DNA of 64,000 bases from Sedimentisphaerales bacterium. Lineage in GTDB: Bacteria > Planctomycetota > Phycisphaerae > Sedimentisphaerales > SM23-30. Shown here piece after piece: positions 52,921 to 62,482 of this stretch. Location: NCBI GenBank assembly GCA_963663965.2, contig CAXXFK010000018.1:1-64000 (forward strand), in the 5' to 3' direction. Each line of letters opens with the position of its first letter. Within the stretch, counting starts at the first letter, position 1. The notes beneath the pieces were generated by a model. That model saw only the letters and a program-made list of their open reading frames with translations. It was not told where the DNA came from and made no database searches. Both the position numbers and the translations under genes were made by a program.

Positions 52921-53109
52921 AGTTTTTTTATCAGGTGCTTGAAAAAATAATTCTCAATTTTTTCGGTACTTATATATGGTGAGTTATCCTATTCCGATCT
53001 GAATCGCTACCCCTGCGTAATACACTGTCAGTCTCATCACTGGATACGGGAAGTCTGGCGCAAGGCGTTTAAGCAATGGCTGGCTTCCGGGCAATAAGGT
53101 TGGAATATT

Positions 53110-53379
53110 TCAGGCAGATGATTCGAGCGCTGAGATGGCTTTTTCTATGGCCGCCACCGCATCGCCTATCGTCAGTATTTTTTCGCTATCGTCATCGGGT
53201 ACGGTAATATTAAAGGTGTCTTCAATGGCCATGACAAATTCGATTTGTGCCAGGCTGTCGAAGTTGAGATCGGCCACAAAATGTGAATCGGGGGTGATCT
53301 GTTCACGTGGGACATCCGTTTGATGGGTGGCCAGTTCGATCACCTCTTGGATCAGGTTTTTTGGGTTTGGGGTTATCAT
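53110..53379 (-). CDS. Acyl carrier protein
   Basis: FVADLNFDSLAQIEFVMAIEDTFNITVPD with the phosphopantetheinylated Ser in DSL. Confidence 0.9.
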   Translation of the reverse strand: MITPNPKNLIQEVIELATHQTDVPREQITPDSHFVADLNFDSLAQIEFVMAIEDTFNITVPDDDSEKILTIGDAVAAIEKAISALESSA

Positions 53380-53723
53380 GGCTGGACCTCCTGTTTGTTT
53401 TGGGTGTGGTTATTGATCGCGATGATCAGTTTGCGGATGGTCTTGAAGTCGGGTGTTGTCCGGCCGGTTTCGATACGGCTGAGAGTTTCCACCCGGACGC
53501 CGGCCTGCTCAGCCAGGTCTTTCTGGGTCAGGCCGGCTTCCTGCCGCCGCTGAAGCAGACGGTCGGCCAGGCGTTGATCGCTCATTGCCATGGCATCCAG
53601 GGCATCGGGTTTTCCCGGTGTCTGGCCTGGCTGGGTTAATTCGCGAAATTCATCTTCCCGGATGATGATGTACCAATTGCTATCCAGAAAAACACGTTGA
53701 TAGGCTGTTTTGTTTTGACTCAT
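53376..53723 (-). CDS. XRE-family HTH transcriptional regulator (antitoxin-like)
   Basis: RRQEAGLTQKDLAEQAGVRVETLSRIETG; ATGA overlap with the ACP gene. Confidence 0.9.
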   Translation of the reverse strand: MSQNKTAYQRVFLDSNWYIIIREDEFRELTQPGQTPGKPDALDAMAMSDQRLADRLLQRRQEAGLTQKDLAEQAGVRVETLSRIETGRTTPDFKTIRKLIIAINNHTQNKQEVQP

Positions 53724-53725
53724 AA

Positions 53726-53759
53726 TTGATTAGTATATCAAAATAGACATAGAAGTCAA
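53726..53759 (-). promoter_or_regulatory. Sigma70 promoter of the XRE-ACP operon with an overlapping palindromic operator candidate
   Basis: Minus strand TTGACT-N16-TATACT ending 8 nt before the ATG (leaderless). TTGAT-N6-ATCAA palindrome at 53726-53741. Confidence 0.55.
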
Positions 53760-54067
53760 TATTGATCTGAGGATTTTGCTTATTTTTTTTTCATAGTTTC
53801 AAGGATAGGCTGAATCGATAGATGCGAAATGTGTTGTAAAGTACTTATATTAAATAAGATATGGATTAAGGAGCCAGGGTTGCAGGCACGATTCGGTTTG
53901 AAATTGAATATCAATTTGTGGTGACTCAAAGAGGGGGCATTATTGCTATGAAAAGGTCATTTAGCGCAACAGCTGAATCCAATGCAATAGAGTACCGGTT
54001 TGGATCAGTTTATCAATCAACCTATTTATATTTCTAACAGTTCAATCATGTATCAGGGACATCAGTT

Positions 54068-55594
54068 ATGAATCGTCGCGAATTTCTCAAATCCAGTGTT
54101 GTAGTTGGCTTGTCCACATATATTACCCCGGCCTGGCCGGCTCCTCAATCGCGTCCCAATTTACTGATTATTCACACCGATGAACATAACTTCCGTACGC
54201 TGGGTTGCTACCGTAAGCTCATGTCAATTGATCAAGCCCAGATTTGGGGTGCCAAGGCGATTGTCGAGACACCCCATATTGACTGGATCGCGGAAAACGG
54301 CGCGACCTGCACTAAATTTTACGCGACCACCCCGGTCTGTTCGCCATCGCGGGCAGCCTTTACCACCGGCAGGTATCCACAGAATACACCGGTTGTGACC
54401 AATGATATCCCCATGAACAGCGATGTGGTGACTTTTGCCGAACTACTCAGGCGTCAGGGCTACGCCACCGGTTATGCCGGCAAGTGGCACCTGGACGGTG
54501 CCGGGAGGCCCCAATGGGAACCTCAGCGACGATTCGGGTTTGAAGACAACCGTTATATGTTCAACCGCGGCCACTGGAAACAGCTGGAAATTACCGATAG
54601 CGGTCCTCGGGTAGTAACCCGTAATGCTAAAGGTGTTCCCAACTATAACATTGAAGGCGCCACCCGGGAGAACTTTACCACCGACTGGCTGACTGACCGG
54701 GCCATAGAATTTATCCAGACGAATAAAGGGCGTCCATTCTGTTATATGGTCAGTATCCCCGATCCCCATGGTCCCAATTCGGTTCGGGCGCCTTATGATA
54801 CGATGTACGATGATATCGAAGTTCAATTACCGCGTACGGCATCCAAGACGGATGAAGGCCTGCCTGCCTGGGCCACAAAAACGCGGCAACCCATCACGAA
54901 GAAGATGCTCTCGCAATATTTCGGAATGGTCAAATGTATTGATGACAATGTCGGCCGTATGCTTGATACCTTGCGTCAGGAGAAACTGATCGACAAGACC
55001 ATTGTTATTTTTACCTCGGATCATGGCGATCTGTGTGGCGAACACGCCCGGCACAACAAAGGTGTGCCGTTAGAGGCCTCTGCCAAGGTGCCCTTTCTGA
55101 TCGTATGTCCCGGTAAAGTCCAGCCCGGTAAAGTGATCGGGCAGGCGATGAGTTGTGTCGATTTTCTGCCGACGATACTGGCCTTGATGGGAGTTCCCAC
55201 TGCCGGTCAGGAAGAAGGCCGGGACTGTTCGGGGTTATTTACCGGGCAGGCGCCTGTCGATTGGAAGGATGTGATCTTTATTCGCGGAACGGGAGTTCGT
55301 CCGGGCGCTAAATCCGGCAATGATGAAGATGGGGAAGAGACCGGGGGTAAAAATGATGATAACTGGATCGCCGCGATCACCGGCCGCTATAAACTGGTCC
55401 TTCAGCGTGGCGAGCAGCCATGGCTTTATGATCTCAAAAGCGATCCGGATGAGCTTAAAAACTATATTGATGATCCTGCCTGTCAATCGGTGGTGGCAAT
55501 GCTGGCACGTGAACTGATCGCCTATGGTAAAAAATACCATGATTCCCGGGTAGAACGTCTGGATATCCTTAAAAAACTGACAAACAGAGGATAA
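54068..55594 (+). CDS. Tat-exported sulfatase
   Basis: MNRREFLK signal, RPNLLIIHTD, CSPSR, GKWHL and FTSDHG motifs. Confidence 0.93.
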   Translation: MNRREFLKSSVVVGLSTYITPAWPAPQSRPNLLIIHTDEHNFRTLGCYRKLMSIDQAQIWGAKAIVETPHIDWIAENGATCTKFYATTPVCSPSRAAFTTGRYPQNTPVVTNDIPMNSDVVTFAELLRRQGYATGYAGKWHLDGAGRPQWEPQRRFGFEDNRYMFNRGHWKQLEITDSGPRVVTRNAKGVPNYNIEGATRENFTTDWLTDRAIEFIQTNKGRPFCYMVSIPDPHGPNSVRAPYDTMYDDIEVQLPRTASKTDEGLPAWATKTRQPITKKMLSQYFGMVKCIDDNVGRMLDTLRQEKLIDKTIVIFTSDHGDLCGEHARHNKGVPLEASAKVPFLIVCPGKVQPGKVIGQAMSCVDFLPTILALMGVPTAGQEEGRDCSGLFTGQAPVDWKDVIFIRGTGVRPGAKSGNDEDGEETGGKNDDNWIAAITGRYKLVLQRGEQPWLYDLKSDPDELKNYIDDPACQSVVAMLARELIAYGKKYHDSRVERLDILKKLTNRG

Positions 55595-55597
55595 GTT

Positions 55598-56938
55598 ATG
55601 TCACAAAACACGATTGATCGTCGCACGTTTATCCGGCAGACCGGTGCGGGGCTGGCCGCCCTGACACTGGGTGTAAGCCGGGGATTGAAAGCCGCACCGG
55701 CTGGGCGTCCCAATATCGTTTTGATTATGGCCGATGATATCGGTTATGAATGCTTTGGTTGTTACGGTTCCGACTTATATAAGACGCCGAATCTGGATCA
55801 ACTGGCTGCTACCGGCATTCGTTTCGATTATTGCTTTGCCCAGCCGCTCTGCACACCCAGTCGCGTCAAGATCATGACCGGTAAAAGCAATATCCGCAAT
55901 TATGTCGAATTTGGTATCATGGATCCCCTGGAAAAAACATTTGGTCATATGATGCAGCAAGCCGGTTATAAAACCGCGGTCGCTGGCAAATGGCAGTTGT
56001 TTGGTTCCATACCCCATCCCAATCTGGTTGGCAAGGGTATGCATCCGCGTCAGGCCGGGTTCGATGAGTATTGCCTCTGGCAGGTGGATGACCGCCCGTC
56101 ACGCTACTGGCAGCCGGGTCTGGATAAGAACGACAAGAAAATTAAAGGCGGGCCCAATGATTATGGCCCGGATATGGTTTGTGATTTTATCAACGATTTC
56201 ATCGAACGGCATCAAGATGAAAAATTCTTTGTCTATTACCCGATGATCCTGGTTCATGCTCCGTTTGAAACCACGCCTCACAGCAAAGATCGCGACTCAA
56301 AAGATCGGATCAGTAATTACCGTGATATGGTGGCCTATATGGATTTTATTATCGGGCGGATCGTCAAAAAACTGGATGAGCTTAACCTGCGAGATAATAC
56401 GTTGATTCTCTTTACCGGCGATAATGGGACAACCTCGGGGATTAAAAGCCCGCTGCATGGCCGGGAGATAATCGGCGCCAAAGGCAAAACGACTGATGCG
56501 GGGACGCATGTCCCCTTGATTGCCAACTGGCCGGCCAGGATCAAGCAGGCTTCGACTTGTGATGATCTGGTCGATTTCAGCGATTTTGTGCCAACTCTGG
56601 CCGAATTAGCCGGTGCAGAAATTTTGCCCGGCCCCATTGATGGAGTCAGTTTTGCGCCCCGGCTGCTGGGCAAGAAAGTAACCCCGCGTGATTGTGTTTA
56701 CTGTTATTATAATCCGCGTCATAGTGGATTCAAAGATGTGGTGGCCTGTTTTGCTCGTGATCATCGGTATAAACTCTATGGCGATGGCCGGTTTTACGAT
56801 CTGAAACAGGATCCGCTTGAAAAAGCGCCATTGGCCTTATCGAACCTGTCCGGACAAGCTAAAAAAAGTCATGCGCTGCTTCAGCAGAAGCTAAACCAGA
56901 TGGACATGCCACCTGGTAAGATTGGATCGATACAGTAA
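55598..56938 (+). CDS. Tat-exported arylsulfatase
   Basis: DRRTFIR signal, RPNIVLIMADD, CTPSR, GKWQL and FTGDNG motifs. Confidence 0.93.
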   Translation: MSQNTIDRRTFIRQTGAGLAALTLGVSRGLKAAPAGRPNIVLIMADDIGYECFGCYGSDLYKTPNLDQLAATGIRFDYCFAQPLCTPSRVKIMTGKSNIRNYVEFGIMDPLEKTFGHMMQQAGYKTAVAGKWQLFGSIPHPNLVGKGMHPRQAGFDEYCLWQVDDRPSRYWQPGLDKNDKKIKGGPNDYGPDMVCDFINDFIERHQDEKFFVYYPMILVHAPFETTPHSKDRDSKDRISNYRDMVAYMDFIIGRIVKKLDELNLRDNTLILFTGDNGTTSGIKSPLHGREIIGAKGKTTDAGTHVPLIANWPARIKQASTCDDLVDFSDFVPTLAELAGAEILPGPIDGVSFAPRLLGKKVTPRDCVYCYYNPRHSGFKDVVACFARDHRYKLYGDGRFYDLKQDPLEKAPLALSNLSGQAKKSHALLQQKLNQMDMPPGKIGSIQ

Positions 56939-57113
56939 CGTATCGACAAAAAGAGTTCTAACCACAAGGCATTCATACACTTCCGGATATTAAGGCCTGT
57001 TGTCATCTGTTAAGTGACCAGTAAAAATATTCGTCTATCGCTCTATTTTCTTATTGCGAAACGGTTGGTTTTGTCTTATGATAAAAGTATTACATAAGCT
57101 GGTACGATATGGC

Positions 57114-57172
57114 TGAGATATTGAGAGCCACATGCTTGCCCTTTTATCAAAGGGAAGTGTGCGGCTTTTTTT
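57114..57172 (+). promoter_or_regulatory. Leader terminator with TGAGA-N3-TGAGA, putative GlpP antitermination site
   Basis: AGCCACATGCTT..AAGTGTGCGGCT hairpin plus T tract about 50 nt upstream of glpT; same architecture at 59268. Confidence 0.65.
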
Positions 57173-57221
57173 ATTGATACATGGTTTCTGAACAACGAGT
57201 TACAATGATGGGATCGAGATA

Positions 57222-58571
57222 ATGTTTTCAAAGTTATGCCAGTATTTTGCCCCGGCGCCATCGATACCGCGCCTGCCGGAGGATCAGATTAAAAAGCGCT
57301 ATCCCGTTCATCGCTGGAGCGTACTGGAATCAACTTTTATCGGCTATGGCACCTTCTATCTCGTCCGGAATAACCTTTCGGTAGTGGCCAAGGATATTGA
57401 AGGGGTCCTGGGTTACACCCATTCCATGATCGGCAGCATACTGGCGATTACGGCGATTACCTACGGCCTGGGCAAATTTTTTATGGGTTCGATCTCTGAT
57501 CGGAGTAACGCCCGCAAATTCATGGCGTCCGGCTTGCTGCTGACGGCGATCTGTAATATTCTGTTTGGTAGTGTCAGCAGTTATCATCTGCATGTGTTTC
57601 TGTGGGGCTTGAATGGCTTTGTTCAGGGCATGGGCTGGCCGCCCTGCGGTCGATCCATGGGTCACTGGTTCAGCGTCCGGGAACGCGGTACGATTTTCAG
57701 TGTATGGAACACCTCGCATAATGTCGGCGGTGGTATTGCCGGTATCCTGGCAGCCTGGGCGGCGCTCCATTTTGGCTGGCGCAATGCGTTCTTTTTTCCC
57801 GCGATGATCTCCATAATCGGAGCGGTCTATCTGTTTTTCCGCCTGAAAGATACCCCTCAGTCACTGGGATTGCCGCCGGTGGAAGAATACCGCAACGACT
57901 ATCCCGAAGATGAAGCGCAGCACGGGGCCCATGAAAAGGATCTCAGCAGCAAGGAACTGTTCATCGATCATGTGCTGGCCAATAAATATATCTGGCTGCT
58001 GGCTATCGCCAATTTTTTCGCGTATATCGTTCGATACAGCATGCTGGATTGGGGCCCGATTTATCTGCGTGAGGTTAAAAACGCCACACTGACCCATGGC
58101 GGTCTTTCCGCGTTGGCGTTGGAATTTGGCGGTATTCCTTCGACGATATTTCTGGGTTGGATCTCCGACAAACTGGGCGGCCGACGCGGCAAGGTGGCCG
58201 TGCTCTGTATGATGCCGATCACACTGGCCTTCATCGGAATTATTCTCAATCCGCCCGGTTATTTATGGATTGATATGACCATGCTGGTCGCGATCGGATT
58301 TTTGATTTATCCCGTTATCAATTTTATTACGATTATTGCCCTGGACCTGACCTCTAAAAAAGCGATCGGAACTGCGGCAGGTTTCATTGGATTATTTGGC
58401 TATATTGGCCGTATGGTACAGGCCAAGGGATTTGGCTGGATGGCCGATCATTACACCAAGCAGTACAACAGTGAAACCGCCTGGATGATTATTCTCTGGT
58501 CGATTGTTGCCTGCGCGACGGTTGCGGTGATCCTGCTGGGATTTACCTGGAGATTAAAGCCCAGGGCATGA
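57222..58571 (+). CDS. glpT: GlpT/PgtP-family organophosphate:Pi antiporter (MFS)
   Basis: YLVRNN, YGLGKFFMG..SDRSN, QGMGWPPC, ERG..WNTSHNVGG and AIGTAAGFIGLFGY motifs. Confidence 0.88.
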   Translation: MFSKLCQYFAPAPSIPRLPEDQIKKRYPVHRWSVLESTFIGYGTFYLVRNNLSVVAKDIEGVLGYTHSMIGSILAITAITYGLGKFFMGSISDRSNARKFMASGLLLTAICNILFGSVSSYHLHVFLWGLNGFVQGMGWPPCGRSMGHWFSVRERGTIFSVWNTSHNVGGGIAGILAAWAALHFGWRNAFFFPAMISIIGAVYLFFRLKDTPQSLGLPPVEEYRNDYPEDEAQHGAHEKDLSSKELFIDHVLANKYIWLLAIANFFAYIVRYSMLDWGPIYLREVKNATLTHGGLSALALEFGGIPSTIFLGWISDKLGGRRGKVAVLCMMPITLAFIGIILNPPGYLWIDMTMLVAIGFLIYPVINFITIIALDLTSKKAIGTAAGFIGLFGYIGRMVQAKGFGWMADHYTKQYNSETAWMIILWSIVACATVAVILLGFTWRLKPRA

Positions 58572-58607
58572 TAAGTCCGACTAAAATTCATACGTTATTA
58601 CTGTTAT

Positions 58608-59183
58608 TTGCTAAGGAATGTAACTATCGAAACGATTAGATATGACAAGACAGTCATTGCCGCCATTGGTGATTTGGACCGGTTGAATACCGCGATTCAA
58701 TCGCAATGCAAAACGATCTTCCTGCTGACCGGCACCATCTTTAATTTAAAAGAATCGATCGATACCATCCATCGCGCCGATAAGAAGGTGCATGTGGATA
58801 TCGACCTGATGGAAGGCTACGGCAAAGATGCGGTTTTTCTGGAATATTTGCATCAGGTACTCAAGCCGGATGGGATCGTCACCACCAAAGGCCATCTGAT
58901 CCGAAAGGCTCAGAGCCTGGGCCTGTTCGCGATTCAACGGATATTCGTATTCGATTCCCGGTCGCTCTATTCGGGAATCGATTCTGTATTGAAAATCAAG
59001 CCCAGTGCGGTGGAAGTATTGCCTGGGATTATGCCCAAGGTTATCAGTAAAATCCGCAGTGAAACTGGGTTGCCGGTCATCTGCGGCGGTTTGATACTTG
59101 AACGAGAAGAAATTGACAGTGTGGTTCAAGCCGGCGCGATTGCCATTACGACGAGTGAACCGACCCTTTGGAATTTGACCTGA
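58608..59183 (+). CDS. glpP: Glycerol-3-phosphate-responsive antiterminator
   Basis: VDIDLMEG, DGIVTTK, IQRIFVFDS, EVLPG, ICGGLI and AGAIAITTS motifs. Confidence 0.92.
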   Translation: MLRNVTIETIRYDKTVIAAIGDLDRLNTAIQSQCKTIFLLTGTIFNLKESIDTIHRADKKVHVDIDLMEGYGKDAVFLEYLHQVLKPDGIVTTKGHLIRKAQSLGLFAIQRIFVFDSRSLYSGIDSVLKIKPSAVEVLPGIMPKVISKIRSETGLPVICGGLILEREEIDSVVQAGAIAITTSEPTLWNLT

Positions 59184-59267
59184 ATCGAGGAGATGATGTT
59201 AACACAGATAGGATAAAATAGCTTGTTGACTATGGGCGTTGTTGCCCGTGAGTCTGAACACGTTGGT

Positions 59268-59337
59268 TGAGAAATTTGAGAACCGCATCGTGTTATCCGT
59301 ATCAGATAAAACGGATAGAGACGATGCGGTTTTTTTT
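59268..59337 (+). promoter_or_regulatory. Leader terminator with TGAGA-N4-TGAGA, putative GlpP antitermination site
   Basis: AACCGCATCGT..ACGATGCGGTT stem plus T tract ending 16 nt before the dehydrogenase ATG. Confidence 0.7.
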
Positions 59338-59353
59338 ACACCATGAGGATGAC

Positions 59354-60781
59354 ATGTACGACATTGCGATAATCGGTGGCGGCATCATTGGATGCATGAT
59401 GGCCCGGCAGCTTTGCCGGTACGATTTGAAAATAATTCTACTGGACAAGAATAATGATATTGCGAATGAAACCACCAAAGCCAACAGCGGGATTATTCAT
59501 TCCGGATATGATCCCAATCCCGGCACTTTAAAAGCACGATTGAACCGGGACGGCAATCCCATGTTCGATGTGATATGCCGGGAGTTGGGTGTGTTGTTTC
59601 AACGGAACGGATCGCTGACCATTGCCTTGTCTGATGATGAGATTGTTGTATTGCATCGGCTTTACGAACAGGGTTGTGTCAACCGGATTCCCGGTTTGAG
59701 CTTACTGGATGCCGATGCGGTGCGGCGTCTGGAACCCAATTGCCATCCTCAAGTCAGGGCCGGCCTGCTGGCGAAAACTGCGGGAATTGTTGATCCGTTT
59801 GGTCTGGCAATCGCCTTGGCGGAAAACGCAGCTGATCATGGAGCCAATATTATTCTGAACAGCGAAGTCCTTGCTATTGATCGCGATGCGATGGGGTATC
59901 GACTCACCACTTCACAGCAAACTATTTCCACACGTTTTGTGATCAATTGCGGTGGCGTCTATGCCGGTCAGGTCCAGGCACTGCTGGCCCCGACTCGATT
60001 CACAATTACACCCAGGCGGGGTGAATATGTGGTATTCGATAAACAAGCCGGCAATCTGGTCAAAAGGACTATTTTTCAGTGCCCATCCGACACGAGCAAA
60101 GGCGTTCTGGTAGCCCCCACGGTTCATGGTAATCTGCTGGTGGGGCCGAATGCTGAAGTGGTGAAGGATCAGGCCGATGTGTCAACCACCGCAGCCGGAT
60201 TGCATGAAATTGTCAAGGCCGGATCGCGCAGTGTTCATAATATTCCCATGGATCTGGCGATCAATCATTTTGCCGGATTAAGAGCCAGTCCGGATACGGG
60301 CGATTTTATTATCGAAGAACTGGACGGATACCCGGGCTTTATCAATGTCGCTGGAATTGAATCGCCGGGCTTGACGGCCGCGCCGGCAATTGCTGACTAC
60401 GTGATTGAACTGCTTGACTCAGCCGGTTTGGAGTTACAGCCGAACCAGCGATTCAATCCCGAACGACAACCGGTTTCAAATTTTATGGAATTAAGCGATC
60501 GGGAGAAAGAGGCTCTTATTCGTAGCAATCCTCTGTATGGCCGCATTATTTGTCGCTGTGAATCAATCACCGAAGCGGAAATTGTTGAATCGATCCATCG
60601 ATCCGTGGGGGCTCGAACTGTCGATGGAGTCAAGCGTCGGGTACGTGCGGGGATGGGTCGCTGCCAGGGAGGATTCTGCGGTCCGCGTATTATTGAGATT
60701 CTGGCCCGGGAACTGCATCAGGATGCCGGTCAGATATTAAAAGATGAACAGGGATCATACCTGTTAACAGGTCAGTTATAA
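59354..60781 (+). CDS. FAD-dependent oxidoreductase with C-terminal BFD-like [2Fe-2S] domain (glycerol-3-phosphate dehydrogenase-like subunit)
   Basis: IIGGGIIG, TKANSGIIHSG, GIESPGLTAAPA and ICRCE..RAGMGRCQGGFC motifs. Confidence 0.88.
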   Translation: MYDIAIIGGGIIGCMMARQLCRYDLKIILLDKNNDIANETTKANSGIIHSGYDPNPGTLKARLNRDGNPMFDVICRELGVLFQRNGSLTIALSDDEIVVLHRLYEQGCVNRIPGLSLLDADAVRRLEPNCHPQVRAGLLAKTAGIVDPFGLAIALAENAADHGANIILNSEVLAIDRDAMGYRLTTSQQTISTRFVINCGGVYAGQVQALLAPTRFTITPRRGEYVVFDKQAGNLVKRTIFQCPSDTSKGVLVAPTVHGNLLVGPNAEVVKDQADVSTTAAGLHEIVKAGSRSVHNIPMDLAINHFAGLRASPDTGDFIIEELDGYPGFINVAGIESPGLTAAPAIADYVIELLDSAGLELQPNQRFNPERQPVSNFMELSDREKEALIRSNPLYGRIICRCESITEAEIVESIHRSVGARTVDGVKRRVRAGMGRCQGGFCGPRIIEILARELHQDAGQILKDEQGSYLLTGQL

Positions 60782-62124
60782 TGAGGTCAAGAATGATGCC
60801 ACAAGCAATGTATTATGATTTAGTTGTTATCGGAGGCGGGCCGGCCGGATTGGCGGCGGCTATAGCAGCCCGCCAAAAAGGCATTGAGAATATTCTGGTG
60901 CTTGAAAGGGACCGGGAATTGGGTGGGATACTGCAACAGTGTATCCATAATGGTTTCGGTCTGCATATCTTTAAAGAAGAATTGACCGGTCCGGAATACG
61001 CCGAACGCTTTATCGATGAGTTGGTTCGTATGAATATCGACTATCGGCTCGATACCATGGTGCTGCGTATCCAACCGGACCGCAGGATTCAGGCGGTTAA
61101 TCCCCAGGAAGGATTGCTTTCGATTCAGGCCGGCGCCATTGTTCTGGCCATGGGCTGCCGGGAGCGAACGCGAGGGTCGCTGTTGATTCCAGGCAGCCGG
61201 CCGGCCGGGATCTATACTGCCGGGGCCGCGCAGCGGCTGGTGAATATTGAAGGGTGCCGGGTTGGCCGCAAGGCGGTCATTCTGGGCTCCGGCGACATTG
61301 GCTTGATTATGGCGCGCCGGCTGACCCTGGAAGGCGCCCGGGTGGAAGCGGTTGTTGAGATCATGCCCTGGGCGGGTGGTCTCAATCGGAATATTGTCCA
61401 ATGCCTGTTTGATTTTGATATTCCACTGCTATTAAGCCATACCGTAACGAATATCTATGGCCGGAACCGCCTCACAGCTGTGGATATTGCTCAGGTTGAT
61501 ACGGAACGTCGTGTTTTGCCTCAGACCATCCGTCATATTGAATGCGATACGCTGCTCTTATCGGTTGGATTGATACCGGAAAATGAACTGTCTATGCAAT
61601 GTGGAATTACACTGGATCCAGTTACGCGCGGACCAGTAGTGGATGAAACCATGGCAACGAGTATTGAAGGAATTTTCGCGTGTGGCAATGTTGTCCATGT
61701 TCACGATCTGGTCGATTTCGTTACTGAGGAGAGCCGCAAGGCCGGCCGGAGCGCCGCTGATTATCTCCAGCGCCAGGCCTCTGCCGCCATGGCTCCGATC
61801 GCAGTGGTTGCGGATCCATCGATCCGATATGTTGTTCCCCAGTTTATCCATCCGGGAAGCCTGGATACCGATCTGACGGTTTTCTTTCGCAGCCGGGAGG
61901 TATATGATCAGGCTTTGGTGGTCGCCAGCCTCGATGGCGCCCCGATTTTGACTCGAAAAATACGACACCTGGTTCCCGGTGAAATGCAGCATATCACACT
62001 GAGTAAAGCAGTCCTGTCCCGTTGCTCCAGCGAATCCAGGTTGATGCTGTCGATCCTTCCTTCCTGGGAATCGTCTGAGACCGTGGCAATGGATGATCAT
62101 CATGCGGGTATGACGAAAGGGTAA
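60781..62124 (+). CDS. FAD/NAD(P)-dependent pyridine nucleotide-disulfide oxidoreductase family protein
   Basis: IGGGPAGLAAA, GGILQQCIHNGFG, LGSGDIGLIMARR and ACGNVVHVHDLVD motifs. Confidence 0.88.
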   Translation: MRSRMMPQAMYYDLVVIGGGPAGLAAAIAARQKGIENILVLERDRELGGILQQCIHNGFGLHIFKEELTGPEYAERFIDELVRMNIDYRLDTMVLRIQPDRRIQAVNPQEGLLSIQAGAIVLAMGCRERTRGSLLIPGSRPAGIYTAGAAQRLVNIEGCRVGRKAVILGSGDIGLIMARRLTLEGARVEAVVEIMPWAGGLNRNIVQCLFDFDIPLLLSHTVTNIYGRNRLTAVDIAQVDTERRVLPQTIRHIECDTLLLSVGLIPENELSMQCGITLDPVTRGPVVDETMATSIEGIFACGNVVHVHDLVDFVTEESRKAGRSAADYLQRQASAAMAPIAVVADPSIRYVVPQFIHPGSLDTDLTVFFRSREVYDQALVVASLDGAPILTRKIRHLVPGEMQHITLSKAVLSRCSSESRLMLSILPSWESSETVAMDDHHAGMTKG

Positions 62125-62128
62125 AGCA

Positions 62129-62482
62129 ATGAAAAAAAATGAAATGATTTGCATTGTCTGTCCCATTGGCTGTCATCTGTCCATAACAGGTAATCAATCC
62201 GGTTATGTGGTGCAGGGCAACCAGTGTCCGAGAGGATGGGATTATGCGGTAAATGAATATACCAATCCACGCCGGATGGTGACATCCACGGTAAAAGTTT
62301 CAGGCGCGGTCCATGGCCGGCTACCGGTTAAAACCAGTCAGCCTTTCCCCAAAGGGAAAATTATGGATTTAATGGCAATGATACATACCGTAGAAATTAA
62401 CACCCCCGTCAAGCTTGGTCAGGTTATCCTGGCCAATGTGCTGGACAGCGGGATTGACCTTGTTGCGACCAGAACCATATGA
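62129..62482 (+). CDS. DUF1667-family small Cys-rich protein
   Basis: CIVCPIGC..GNQCPRG..TSTV..LPVKT. Confidence 0.85.
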   Translation: MKKNEMICIVCPIGCHLSITGNQSGYVVQGNQCPRGWDYAVNEYTNPRRMVTSTVKVSGAVHGRLPVKTSQPFPKGKIMDLMAMIHTVEINTPVKLGQVILANVLDSGIDLVATRTI

